DNA from: a virus
Lineage: Duplodnaviria > Heunggongvirae > Uroviricota > Caudoviricetes
Length of the DNA: 64,000 nt
Strand: one strand, 5' to 3'
Virus record (IMG/VR): IMGVR_UViG_3300025392_000640
Location: 37,214 to 101,213 of that record
This document shows positions 55,853 through 64,000 of this stretch, one piece after another (the stretch's first letter is position 1; every line of letters starts with the position of its first letter). The notes under the pieces were generated by a model. That model was given only the letters and a program-made list of their open reading frames with translations, did not search any database and was not told where the DNA came from. The position numbers and the translations under genes are program-made.

Positions 55853-57109
55853 TTAGTATCTATTGAATCCAATTGTTGGTCTACCTTTATCTTCACTCTT
55901 ATACTCAACCTCAGCCAAGTTATATATCTCCGTTAGGGTCATTGGTTTTGTAACTGTGTACTCATAACCCAAATGATTAACTAATGCTTGAGAATCTTCT
56001 ATTGGTAACGCCTCAAACTTATGTTCTGCAATCAATCTTCCTTTTCTTAGGAGGGCCTCATCAATCTTAGCTTTATCCATATTGAATGTTGCTACAATCT
56101 GAATGTTTAAGATATCACTTAAGATACCATCCGTAATGTTAAGGATATTTGATACTCCGTTACCACCACCATTTTGTCTATCCGTAATTACTCTTTCCGC
56201 ATCTTCAATGAATAGTACCGAACCTGCGTTTTGAATTAAGAATGGTGTCATCTCAGGCGATGTGATGAAATCTGCTAAGAATGGTGGAATGAATAGTACT
56301 CTTTTATTCTTAATCTTAGATGCTAAGTACTTTAAGTAGTGAGTCTTTCCAGTGCCAGGCGTTCCGTGCAATAGTACTAACCCTTTACTCTTAGGTTCAT
56401 TTAACTTATGTATAATCTTTTCGTGAATTGGTTTGAATGATTTACCATATCCCAATTCAATATCCAACTTCTGCTTTGGTAACTCAAAGGTTGTTGTATC
56501 ATAACCTCTATTTGTTTGTATTACTAAGGCAATATTGTTTTCTTTCTCTCTACGTTTTTTAGCCAACCCAGAGAATTGTTCTGTTACTTCATTAAAATCT
56601 TTTGGTGATGCATTTCCAGATAAACTAACATTAATACCTCTATCACTTCTATATGATTTCGTAACTGATGCTCCCCACTTCTTAGCAATACTATCTACCA
56701 TTAATAAGATAATACCATCCTTACATACTTTCTCAAATACTTTGTTTTGGAAATGACCGGAAGTCATATACATTTCCTTATTGAATATCTCAACAAATCC
56801 CAACTTAGGAATAAGTTCTAATGTAGGTTCTTGCTTAACTTGAAACTCATCTGAAATTCTAAAGTATGAAGATGCTGCTCTACCTGTTTTATTAGTTATG
56901 TACATACCAATTGGAAAATCATCGTAATCTGATGGCTTGTATGGTTGACCTGTTGTTACATTTGAGTTACCATCCGATGTCGAATCATTCATAATACTTT
57001 CTCTGATTGCTAACTTAACCTCATGCGGAAGGACTTCCAAATCATCCAATTCTAATAATGTTTCCAATTCCGATTCCGTCAATTTTCTAGGTGTTATTGG
57101 TTTCCCCAT
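55853..57109 (-). CDS. AAA+ ATPase
   Basis: Walker A LLHGTPGTGKTHYL and Walker B VLFIEDAE; ~200-aa N-terminal domain of unknown function. Confidence 0.75.
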   Translation of the reverse strand: MGKPITPRKLTESELETLLELDDLEVLPHEVKLAIRESIMNDSTSDGNSNVTTGQPYKPSDYDDFPIGMYITNKTGRAASSYFRISDEFQVKQEPTLELIPKLGFVEIFNKEMYMTSGHFQNKVFEKVCKDGIILLMVDSIAKKWGASVTKSYRSDRGINVSLSGNASPKDFNEVTEQFSGLAKKRREKENNIALVIQTNRGYDTTTFELPKQKLDIELGYGKSFKPIHEKIIHKLNEPKSKGLVLLHGTPGTGKTHYLKYLASKIKNKRVLFIPPFLADFITSPEMTPFLIQNAGSVLFIEDAERVITDRQNGGGNGVSNILNITDGILSDILNIQIVATFNMDKAKIDEALLRKGRLIAEHKFEALPIEDSQALVNHLGYEYTVTKPMTLTEIYNLAEVEYKSEDKGRPTIGFNRY

Positions 57110-57127
57110 TTTCTTTTATTTTGTTGA

Positions 57128-57160
57128 TTACAAATATACGATTAATTTCCAATTCCACCA
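57128..57160 (-). promoter_or_regulatory. Bacteroidetes-type promoter for the AAA+ gene; hairpin terminator at about 57163-57200
   Basis: acaaatatacgattaatttccaattccaccaaat. Confidence 0.55.
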
Positions 57161-57264
57161 AATAAAAAACTCCCTAATTTTATTATTAGAGAGTCTTTTT
57201 TTAAGTGTGTTTTAGATGTATTCCTTTTTTCTGATTTTGTTTTCTTGTAGCTTTAGCCATTCGA

Positions 57265-57486
57265 TTACGATTGTGTTTTTTGGATTCTTTCTTTGTCATT
57301 GTTACGAAGTTTTTTATTAAACCTATAACCCCTTACCAATTCACCAATCGATAATTTTAGAATAACATATATGTACCAAATCGTTACTATTGGTAACATA
57401 AATATAAGTATGCCTCCCAATATTATATGTGCTAAAACCTTTATTCCCATTTCTATTAAAGTGCAAATGATTCTCCACATCCACAT
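57265..57486 (-). CDS. small membrane protein
   Basis: 73-aa hydrophobic ORF. Confidence 0.35.
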   Translation of the reverse strand: MWMWRIICTLIEMGIKVLAHIILGGILIFMLPIVTIWYIYVILKLSIGELVRGYRFNKKLRNNDKERIQKTQS

Positions 57487-57788
57487 GTCCTACTAGCGTT
57501 TGGATTTTCCCATTGAAACCCTCTACCATTTAATCCATCCGAATAGGTAAGCTCAGTACCATATAAGTAAAGTACCGATTTTCTATCTATAACTACCTTC
57601 AATCCACCATCTACTTCTACAACTTCATCTGTAGGTTCTATCTTATCATCAAAATCCATTGTGTAAGATAATCCACTACAACCACCACCCTTAACACCCA
57701 CTCTTAGGTGATGTGTATCTGGCGTTATACCACCTTCCATCATAAGGGCTATAACATGGTTAAGTGCCTTTTCTGATAGAGTTACCAT
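57456..57788 (-). CDS. iscA: A-type Fe-S cluster carrier (IscA/HesB/SufA family)
   Basis: VGVKGGGCSGLSY and C-terminal CGCGESF. Confidence 0.85.
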   Translation of the reverse strand: MVTLSEKALNHVIALMMEGGITPDTHHLRVGVKGGGCSGLSYTMDFDDKIEPTDEVVEVDGGLKVVIDRKSVLYLYGTELTYSDGLNGRGFQWENPNASRTCGCGESFAL

Positions 57789-57789
57789 A

Positions 57790-58098
57790 TTACTCAGTTT
57801 CGTGATTCATATAATCTTCGAACTCTTTAGCTCCTTTAGGATTCACTTCCTTTAAATGCTCTAAAGATAATTCGTATCTACCATTCACCGATTGTAAGTT
57901 AAAGATTTCATCGTTAAGTGAATCAACTGCAGATTGCATATTCTCACCACTAAACTCAACTTCCTTACCATCTTCGGCTTTAATCTCAATCTTATCTCCA
58001 GCCTTATATTTCTTAATCACTTCGTTCTGCTTCCAAATTGTAAATAATAACAACCCACTGGCTGCTAATTGTAATAAACCATTGATGTACTTTTTCAT
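57790..58098 (-). CDS. membrane-anchored hypothetical protein
   Basis: 102 aa with N-terminal TM. Confidence 0.45.
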   Translation of the reverse strand: MKKYINGLLQLAASGLLLFTIWKQNEVIKKYKAGDKIEIKAEDGKEVEFSGENMQSAVDSLNDEIFNLQSVNGRYELSLEHLKEVNPKGAKEFEDYMNHETE

Positions 58099-58108
58099 CC
58101 GTTTCGTT

Positions 58109-58297
58109 TTATTTGTTATTAAACTTTTGTTCCTTATAAATTGCGTTAAGTACTTCCTTTCTTCTCTTTACAGAAGGTTTGGTAAATACTTGCCTATCTC
58201 TTAATTCTCTAACTACCCCTATCTTATTGTGTTTGTTTTTATACACCTTAAGGGCTTGTTCTATTGAGTTAAACTTTGTTGTATCTACTATTATCAT
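58109..58297 (-). CDS. hypothetical protein
   Basis: 62-aa ORF. Confidence 0.35.
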   Translation of the reverse strand: MIIVDTTKFNSIEQALKVYKNKHNKIGVVRELRDRQVFTKPSVKRRKEVLNAIYKEQKFNNK

Positions 58298-58704
58298 ACG
58301 TGCTTATCTTCAAATGTTAAAGGTTCTAATCCGTTCTTAGTTCTATAATCATTGATTGCTGCTTTGATAGCATCCTCAGCAAGTACCGAACAATGAATCT
58401 TAACGGGAGGTAAACATAACTCCTCAACTAAATCCATATTATCAATAGTTACGGCTTCATCTAAACTCTTTCCTTTCAACCATTCAGTTGCTAAAGAACT
58501 AGCTGCGATTGCCGAACCACATCCAAAGGTTTTGAACTTAGCATCCGTAATGATGTTATCCTCAACTTGGATTTGTAATCTCATCACATCACCACATTCA
58601 GGTGCTCCTACTAAGCCCGTACCTACATTTGGTTTACTTTTATCCAATGTTCCTACATTCTTAGGATTCTCATAATGTCCAATTACTTTTTCACTATACG
58701 CCAT
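58294..58704 (-). CDS. iscU: Fe-S cluster assembly scaffold IscU/NifU-like
   Basis: GAPECGDVMRL, FKTFGCGSAIAASS and PPVKIHCSVLAEDAI. Confidence 0.9.
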   Translation of the reverse strand: MAYSEKVIGHYENPKNVGTLDKSKPNVGTGLVGAPECGDVMRLQIQVEDNIITDAKFKTFGCGSAIAASSLATEWLKGKSLDEAVTIDNMDLVEELCLPPVKIHCSVLAEDAIKAAINDYRTKNGLEPLTFEDKHV

Positions 58705-58854
58705 AGTTTATTGTTTTTGATTTTTATAATATTCATATATTCCAATTCCCATTGTTAGTATGATGGCTTGTATTTTTAATAGTAGTAGTTTCATACCTAT
58801 AATTATTACTATCAAAAATTTTTAACCTACGACTCCCCCAAAGGGGTTCGTTCA

Positions 58855-59049
58855 CTAATCTCCGAATAGGTTTATACTAGCTAAACTCACTCCACCCTTA
58901 CCATCATCTGCGAATAGTTGTAATTCACCTGTTTGGGGATTAAACATTTTACGCTGAAGTAACTTTTTATCGGTTTCATCCAACGATTGAGATACTAATG
59001 CTCTATTTAGTTTTTCGAGTTCTTCTAACTGCTTTGGGTCTAATATCAT
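58855..59049 (-). CDS. hypothetical protein
   Basis: 64-aa ORF. Confidence 0.35.
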   Translation of the reverse strand: MILDPKQLEELEKLNRALVSQSLDETDKKLLQRKMFNPQTGELQLFADDGKGGVSLASINLFGD

Positions 59050-59380
59050 CTTTTGGTTTTTCTGAATATTCTTTAAGTAACTTAATACGATGTGCTAATT
59101 CGTATTCTTCTGTCTCTACTGCCCATTCCATCATCATATCTAAACTTTCAACTAAATCATCTTTCCTAATTTTAGTGTTTAAGATAGTTCTTCCAACTTT
59201 CTCTTTAACTACTATTTTGAAAGCATCAAGTTCCTCCAATCTTTTATAAACAAGCTCCTCAGATGCTGCCACAATCTCTCCCATTAGCATAGGTTTGTTT
59301 GTTTCCATCCAATCGGAAAGATTGGTAGCATCGACTTTAAACTCTAATATCTCTCTTTCTCCTTCCATTATTATTTCCAA
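59003..59380 (-). CDS. hypothetical protein
   Basis: 125-aa ORF. Confidence 0.45.
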   Translation of the reverse strand: MEIIMEGEREILEFKVDATNLSDWMETNKPMLMGEIVAASEELVYKRLEELDAFKIVVKEKVGRTILNTKIRKDDLVESLDMMMEWAVETEEYELAHRIKLLKEYSEKPKDDIRPKAVRRTRKTK

Positions 59381-59748
59381 ATAGGTTCGATGTATAAATT
59401 AACCTCATAAAGGTCTTTATATCCACTTTCCATTGGCTCGATACCATCGATTCTCCACTGCATCTTCTCAAAGAAGATTTTACCGCCCAATGTGTAACAA
59501 GGGCCACCTTCAAAATCAAACAAGGTGATATCACCATGCTTATTTGTAGATTTACGGATGAATTGTGATTCACCTAATACTCTTACTTTATTCAAATGAA
59601 TCCTTTCAATTGAACGCTCTAATCCATAACGGCTTTTTACGATTTCCATAATTAGCTTTTGTTGTTTTTGTTGTTTATAATTGTGTTTACTAATTCCTTT
59701 TCTTCCAATGATAAATGCTGATAAAATTCGGTATCTAAAGTTACCCAA
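59371..59748 (-). CDS. hypothetical protein
   Basis: 125-aa ORF. Confidence 0.45.
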   Translation of the reverse strand: MGNFRYRILSAFIIGRKGISKHNYKQQKQQKLIMEIVKSRYGLERSIERIHLNKVRVLGESQFIRKSTNKHGDITLFDFEGGPCYTLGGKIFFEKMQWRIDGIEPMESGYKDLYEVNLYIEPIWK

Positions 59749-59861
59749 CTTCTACTTTCTTCCATTATTGGTAATCCACTATCATCACAAGGCATTACTC
59801 CCAATGGACCTGCCCAGCAGTTAATAGATTCCAATTTAATAAATTTTTCCATACTCTATGT

Positions 59862-60380
59862 TTACAGTAAATATTCCAAACCTTTAGTATTTGGTTTTTT
59901 TAACTGTATATCTATTATTGATTGTGGCGTTTTTACTTTACTATTCTTTTGATACCACCAATATAAGTCCTCTAAAGTCCCCTTTCCTCTCTGTCTTTCC
60001 ATAGCTTTATCCCACAAATCTTGTCCGAACTCCTTCTTTAGTTCCATTTGTAGTTTAAATAGGGTTATATACTCTTCCCGGCCTGCTTCTAACTCCAATT
60101 TAATAGCCTTTAACCTTTTCATCCTACCAGCTTCTAATGCCACTTGTTTCCTATTAGATTCATCCGTACCACCATAGTTCTTATAGGTTATATTATATTC
60201 ATGCTTAGCGGCCTCTCTCATTTGAACAGCCTCATTAAACATATATGAATAATCAAAGTCACCATTACGAATTTTTAGTAATAGTGGTGCGTCTGCTTTT
60301 AGTGGTTTGTTTGGTCTTCCTTTTGTCCACCATCTGAATTTGTTGTAGCTCATTTCTATTAGCTTTAATAGCCTTAACAA
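59862..60380 (-). CDS. hypothetical protein
   Basis: 172-aa ORF. Confidence 0.5.
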   Translation of the reverse strand: MLRLLKLIEMSYNKFRWWTKGRPNKPLKADAPLLLKIRNGDFDYSYMFNEAVQMREAAKHEYNITYKNYGGTDESNRKQVALEAGRMKRLKAIKLELEAGREEYITLFKLQMELKKEFGQDLWDKAMERQRGKGTLEDLYWWYQKNSKVKTPQSIIDIQLKKPNTKGLEYLL

Positions 60381-60407
60381 TGGCTGTTATTAAATAATGA
60401 TTCATAA

Positions 60408-60440
60408 CAAAGATACTATTAATTTCTCAATCTACCAAAT
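60408..60440 (-). promoter_or_regulatory. Bacteroidetes-type promoter for 59862..60380
   Basis: caaagatactattaatttctcaatctaccaaat. Confidence 0.5.
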
Positions 60441-60441
60441 T

Positions 60442-60918
60442 TTAATCCCTTAACCAACTTACAATTACTATAAACAATACAAATACGAATAGTATAAGTG
60501 CGAATACTGCAAACCCATAAGAACCCGTATTATCATCTTCGTTCCATTCTCCATTTGCTTTCTGAACTTTATGTTGTAGTTCTTCTTCACTATTTGCTCT
60601 AATGGTATCGTATCTATGTGTATTGTTATTTAATACAATCAAATACCATAACATCATATTATTATTGTAATAACTAACAGGATGGTAATTATATTCATGC
60701 ACATAATAAGTGTGATTAATACTACCACTACTCAATCTACCAGCAGTATATGAACGAGTTGGAGATGAATAACTACGAGCCGATGAACTATAACTACTTC
60801 TTACACCCGATGATGTACTCATTCTAGCTCCACCACCCATACTAATACCCCCACCACCTCTAGCATTAACACATAATGTCCATAATAAAATACCTAATAC
60901 TAATAATAACTTTTTCAT
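60442..60918 (-). CDS. secreted/membrane Gly-Ser-rich protein
   Basis: Signal peptide MKKLLLVLGILLWTLCVNA, GGGG/SS-rich region, C-terminal TM. Confidence 0.5.
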   Translation of the reverse strand: MKKLLLVLGILLWTLCVNARGGGGISMGGGARMSTSSGVRSSYSSSARSYSSPTRSYTAGRLSSGSINHTYYVHEYNYHPVSYYNNNMMLWYLIVLNNNTHRYDTIRANSEEELQHKVQKANGEWNEDDNTGSYGFAVFALILFVFVLFIVIVSWLRD

Positions 60919-60979
60919 TTTTAAATCTATTGATTAGAAGATAGTAGGGGAATCGAACCCCTACCCGTTCCAAACTATC

Positions 60980-61831
60980 TTATTGTTTTAATTGTAAAAT
61001 CATTCCACCCCCACCACCAACTACGGATGGTTGAACTCCATTCCATCTACTTGCTTTGATATACTCAACATAAGTAGGTGTTAATACTTGCTGAATTTTC
61101 TTAACTGCCTCAGCTTCACCCATTGCGTTAATTACTTTCGTTGCACTATCACCTCTTGCTTTAGCAATTTGTTTGTTAGCCTCAGCGATTGAACTTTGTA
61201 ACTGCATCTTAGAAGTCTCAGCGTCTTGCTTTGCTCTAATCTTAGCGTTAATGGCATCTGATAAACTCTTATCGGTTGGAACAGGTTGTTTTAAGATACT
61301 AAAGTTATCTACAATGAAACCATCTTTCTCAAATCGTTCAGTTACATTCTTACGAACTGCCGATTCAAAGCCAGGCAAATTGTTTAAGATACTATCAACA
61401 GTTAATAAACCACTCACATCCTGCATTGAACCTCTAACTACATTTCTTAAATAAGTGTTAGTAATACTCTCTAAATCATCCGTCTTATACTTTAAATAAA
61501 TCTTAGATGCTTTGGTTGGATTAACACGATAGTTTAAACCGATATCCATTTTGAAACCGGCACCACCATTACAACTAACTACAATTGCTTCATCAACTGC
61601 TTTACCTTCGTTAGCATCTTCTGTCCAAGCTACGTGTTGTTGTGTTGTTGGGATTGTTACGATATATGTAAAACCCGGAGTGTAAAATTGAAACCCTGTT
61701 AATAAAGGTAAACTATCTATACCTCTATAATCACCACTATTGTCAATCTTAAAACCTACTTCGGTTGGACTGATGCGTGTACAGCTACTTAATATTAATA
61801 CTGCTGCCACAAAAGATAATACTCTTTTCAT
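60980..61831 (-). CDS. SPFH/band-7 domain lipoprotein
   Basis: Lipobox LILSSC; coiled C-terminal AKIRAKQDAETSKMQLQSSIAEANKQIAKARG typical of HflK/C and stomatin-like proteins. Confidence 0.6.
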   Translation of the reverse strand: MKRVLSFVAAVLILSSCTRISPTEVGFKIDNSGDYRGIDSLPLLTGFQFYTPGFTYIVTIPTTQQHVAWTEDANEGKAVDEAIVVSCNGGAGFKMDIGLNYRVNPTKASKIYLKYKTDDLESITNTYLRNVVRGSMQDVSGLLTVDSILNNLPGFESAVRKNVTERFEKDGFIVDNFSILKQPVPTDKSLSDAINAKIRAKQDAETSKMQLQSSIAEANKQIAKARGDSATKVINAMGEAEAVKKIQQVLTPTYVEYIKASRWNGVQPSVVGGGGGMILQLKQ

Positions 61832-61832
61832 A

Positions 61833-62054
61833 CTATTTTGTTTTGTTTTTGTTTAAAATTTTAAATGCGATTTTGTAAAAGATAATAAATGGAATAATTA
61901 AAAGCCATAGTAAAGTTCCTAAAATACACAATAATATGTATTTCACATGCCAATCACCATATCTATCCATATAAGTTTCATCACCTTCTTTTGTTTTCAT
62001 AAATGCTATAAATGTAGCACAATATAAAACACTAATGAATATATAACCTATCAT
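61833..62054 (-). CDS. small membrane protein
   Basis: 73 aa with 2 TM. Confidence 0.4.
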   Translation of the reverse strand: MIGYIFISVLYCATFIAFMKTKEGDETYMDRYGDWHVKYILLCILGTLLWLLIIPFIIFYKIAFKILNKNKTK

Positions 62055-62055
62055 A

Positions 62056-62253
62056 CTAATCTTTGTTTAATGATTTAATAATTTCTTTAATTTCATAAAA
62101 TGTAAATGTACATATTGCAACTAACAATAAGAAACCCACACCATTCCATAATGTAGATGCTAAGTTCATTAATCTAAATGCCATTTTAATCCCACATAAA
62201 ATCACTAATACGATTCCAGCGATTAACACTGCGTTTATAATTCCGTTCTTCAT
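62056..62253 (-). CDS. small membrane protein
   Basis: 65 aa with 2 TM. Confidence 0.4.
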   Translation of the reverse strand: MKNGIINAVLIAGIVLVILCGIKMAFRLMNLASTLWNGVGFLLLVAICTFTFYEIKEIIKSLNKD

Positions 62254-62393
62254 ATTACTTTTTGTTTAAAATAATTTTTAATTGAGATTCCTTTAGAATT
62301 TTTTTAGGTTCAACCTTCTCTTTAGGTTTATCCTCTGGTAGTTTATAATTCTTAACCAGCTTTTCCATCCATTCGTTTTGTTTATTATTCATA

Positions 62394-62636
62394 CTATCCG
62401 ATTTTTTTACCTTTTAATACTTCCTCTCTTAAGTGTTCGTTTATTTCTTCTAAATTAACTTGTCTACCACTATTAAATTCAACAGATAACCAACCAAATA
62501 GAAATCCTAAACTCACCTCAACAGTCCTTACTAAAACAGGATGTCCTTCATCGTTTCTTTTAAGATAACCACTATGGCCAATTTCAAATCCGATGAATGA
62601 CCTTAACTTGCTAAGTATGTTTAACTTTACTTTCAT
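62394..62636 (-). CDS. hypothetical protein
   Basis: 80-aa ORF. Confidence 0.4.
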   Translation of the reverse strand: MKVKLNILSKLRSFIGFEIGHSGYLKRNDEGHPVLVRTVEVSLGFLFGWLSVEFNSGRQVNLEEINEHLREEVLKGKKIG

Positions 62637-62640
62637 TTTA

Positions 62641-63267
62641 TTATTTTAAATTGTTCATTTTAATTGCATGTAAAAATTCCTGTCTTACTAAGTTATCCTT
62701 CTCTACAAATGCTCCACTAAATTTATTAGTAGTCATCATACTATCAGGATGTTGTACACCCCTCATACCACAACAAAGATGATGTCCACTAATTGATACT
62801 GCTACATCTTCACACTGCAATTTTTCACTAAGGAATTTATGTATCTGAGCCGTTAGGGATTCCTGCATTTGAGGTCTCCTACTAAACCACTCAACTACTC
62901 TATTCAATTTACTCAATCCAATAACATTCTCTTTAGGTATGTAAGCCACAGCTGCATATCCGTAGAAAGGTAAGTTATGATGCGCACACATTGAATTAAC
63001 TTTGATACCAGTCTGAATAACTACACCATTATAACCTTCTTCATTTGGAAACACAGTGATATCAGGTTCCTTTGTTATACTACCTTTAATCAAATCATCC
63101 AACCAAGCTTTAGCTACTCTCTTAGGAGTATCTATTGTTTGAGGGTCAGCTTCATAATCAAAACCTAATGATTCTAAAAACTTACCATAGTACTTAGCTG
63201 CCTCATCCAATCGTTTACTCTTTTCGAACTTATCAATTACTTCGTTTCCGTTTGCTTTATTTAACAT
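62641..63267 (-). CDS. folE: GTP cyclohydrolase I
   Basis: SMCAHHNLPFYG, QESLTAQI and HHLCCGMRGVQ. Confidence 0.85.
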   Translation of the reverse strand: MLNKANGNEVIDKFEKSKRLDEAAKYYGKFLESLGFDYEADPQTIDTPKRVAKAWLDDLIKGSITKEPDITVFPNEEGYNGVVIQTGIKVNSMCAHHNLPFYGYAAVAYIPKENVIGLSKLNRVVEWFSRRPQMQESLTAQIHKFLSEKLQCEDVAVSISGHHLCCGMRGVQHPDSMMTTNKFSGAFVEKDNLVRQEFLHAIKMNNLK

Positions 63268-63271
63268 ATTT

Positions 63272-63502
63272 TTAATTTCTATCTATCAAAGAATCAACTA
63301 ATACATAACCAAAGAACATAATACCAATAGGTAAATTTACAGAGTACCAAAGTGCTACTGCAATTCCTAATCCAATAACTGTCTTTATGGCTTTTAAACC
63401 ATCTTTAATTAATCTCTTATACCAATACTGAAAATAATTATCTTTCATATTATTTGTTTTAATTTTCGTAAGCTTTAACGGATGGTAATCCACTATACTC
63501 AC
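63272..63502 (-). CDS. small membrane protein
   Basis: 76 aa with 2 TM. Confidence 0.4.
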   Translation of the reverse strand: MSIVDYHPLKLTKIKTNNMKDNYFQYWYKRLIKDGLKAIKTVIGLGIAVALWYSVNLPIGIMFFGYVLVDSLIDRN

Positions 63503-63686
63503 AATATAATTCTTCTCTTTGCTTTTCTAATTGTTCTTTAATTTGTTCTGAAAAATATATTCCATCAATTTCCATGTCAGCCAATATAATTGTTTCGTTC
63601 ATATTATTCATACTTAATTGTTTATTTTGTAATCTATAAATGCTACCATTGCAATCATTATACAAAGCAGTGAAACTATTGCCCAT
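63459..63686 (-). CDS. hypothetical protein
   Basis: 75-aa ORF. Confidence 0.35.
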   Translation of the reverse strand: MGNSFTALYNDCNGSIYRLQNKQLSMNNMNETIILADMEIDGIYFSEQIKEQLEKQREELYCEYSGLPSVKAYEN

Positions 63687-63799
63687 TGTGTATCTAAATT
63701 ATGTATTATAGCAGTTAGCGAAACTCCAAATGTTATTCCACTCAATACTATCAATCCTGCTCGTCCTATTGATTTTAATACTTTAATCACTTTATTCAT
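63614..63799 (-). CDS. small membrane protein
   Basis: 61 aa, hydrophobic. Confidence 0.35.
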   Translation of the reverse strand: MNKVIKVLKSIGRAGLIVLSGITFGVSLTAIIHNLDTQWAIVSLLCIMIAMVAFIDYKINN

Positions 63800-64000
63800 A
63801 CTTAATATGTTTGTTTAATAACTCAATCATTTTTCTTTTATCTGAAAATGTTGGTCTTTCGTTTACAAATGTATCCATCTCATCATCACTCATTACCTCA
63901 CATAGATAATCGTATTCATCATCATTGATACGATACAGGCCTTTAATGTGGTTATCAAATACATCTAACATACCACCTTTAGATTTTATACCCTTATCTT
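63793..64000 (-). CDS. Partial CDS (C-terminal part; continues beyond window end)
   Basis: Minus-strand frame open from the window edge to the stop at about 63793. Confidence 0.35.

Noticed and set aside
59652-59852. 66-aa ORF overlapping 59371..59748
   Set aside because: Overlaps a longer ORF in another frame by about 100 nt. Only one of the two is likely real, and the longer one was retained.
1-64000. CRISPR arrays, rRNA genes, integrase, attachment sites and transposases
   Set aside because: No regularly spaced direct repeats with unique spacers. No rRNA-like conserved segments. No tyrosine or serine recombinase motifs among the ORFs. The repeats that do exist are promoters and palindromic regulatory elements.

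Overview
This window is AT-rich and reads as a large virulent phage genome segment. Essentially all protein genes are on the minus strand, packed tightly with many small ORFs. About 20 intergenic copies of a promoter fit the Bacteroidetes sigma-A consensus (-33 TTTG, ~20 nt spacer, -7 TAnnTTTG, seen here as TTTGG-N-TCGTATCTTTG on the coding strand), so the host is probably a Bacteroidetes bacterium. Major content: (1) a tandem array of about 15 divergent ~100-aa paralogs sharing an MLTI(K/E)NI N-terminus (5.5-10.5 kb), next to a 535-aa cysteine-rich protein; (2) an RNA-repair-like cassette (Rnl1-type RNA ligase, P-loop polynucleotide-kinase-like protein, calcineurin-like phosphoesterase) followed by an ATP-dependent DNA ligase; (3) two flavin-dependent tryptophan-halogenase homologs with the WxWxIP motif, one leading a tight operon with a SET-domain protein, two class I SAM methyltransferases and two unknown proteins; (4) a 4.6-kb minus-strand cluster of 26 canonical tRNAs decoding all 20 amino acids (anticodons mostly U34), with an initiator-like tRNA-fMet in a nearby promoter array and several tRNA-like or degenerate elements, then a ~1.7-kb ORF-free segment; (5) auxiliary metabolic genes: heme oxygenase plus ferredoxin-dependent bilin reductase, IscU and IscA Fe-S assembly proteins, GTP cyclohydrolase I, cyclophilin, GroES, a hotdog thioesterase, a GT2 glycosyltransferase, metallophosphoesterases, an AAA+ ATPase and an SPFH lipoprotein; (6) a GIY-YIG/NUMOD3 homing endonuclease, a glucosaminidase-type lysin with a lipoprotein signal, and at least five ImmA/IrrE-like small metallopeptidase paralogs; (7) a conserved ~29-nt palindromic element (AAAATTCTTTATTGAnAATCAAYRMGTTA) upstream of many promoters. 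No rRNA, CRISPR array or integrase was seen. All coordinates for RNA genes and motifs were derived by hand and may be off by a few nucleotides.
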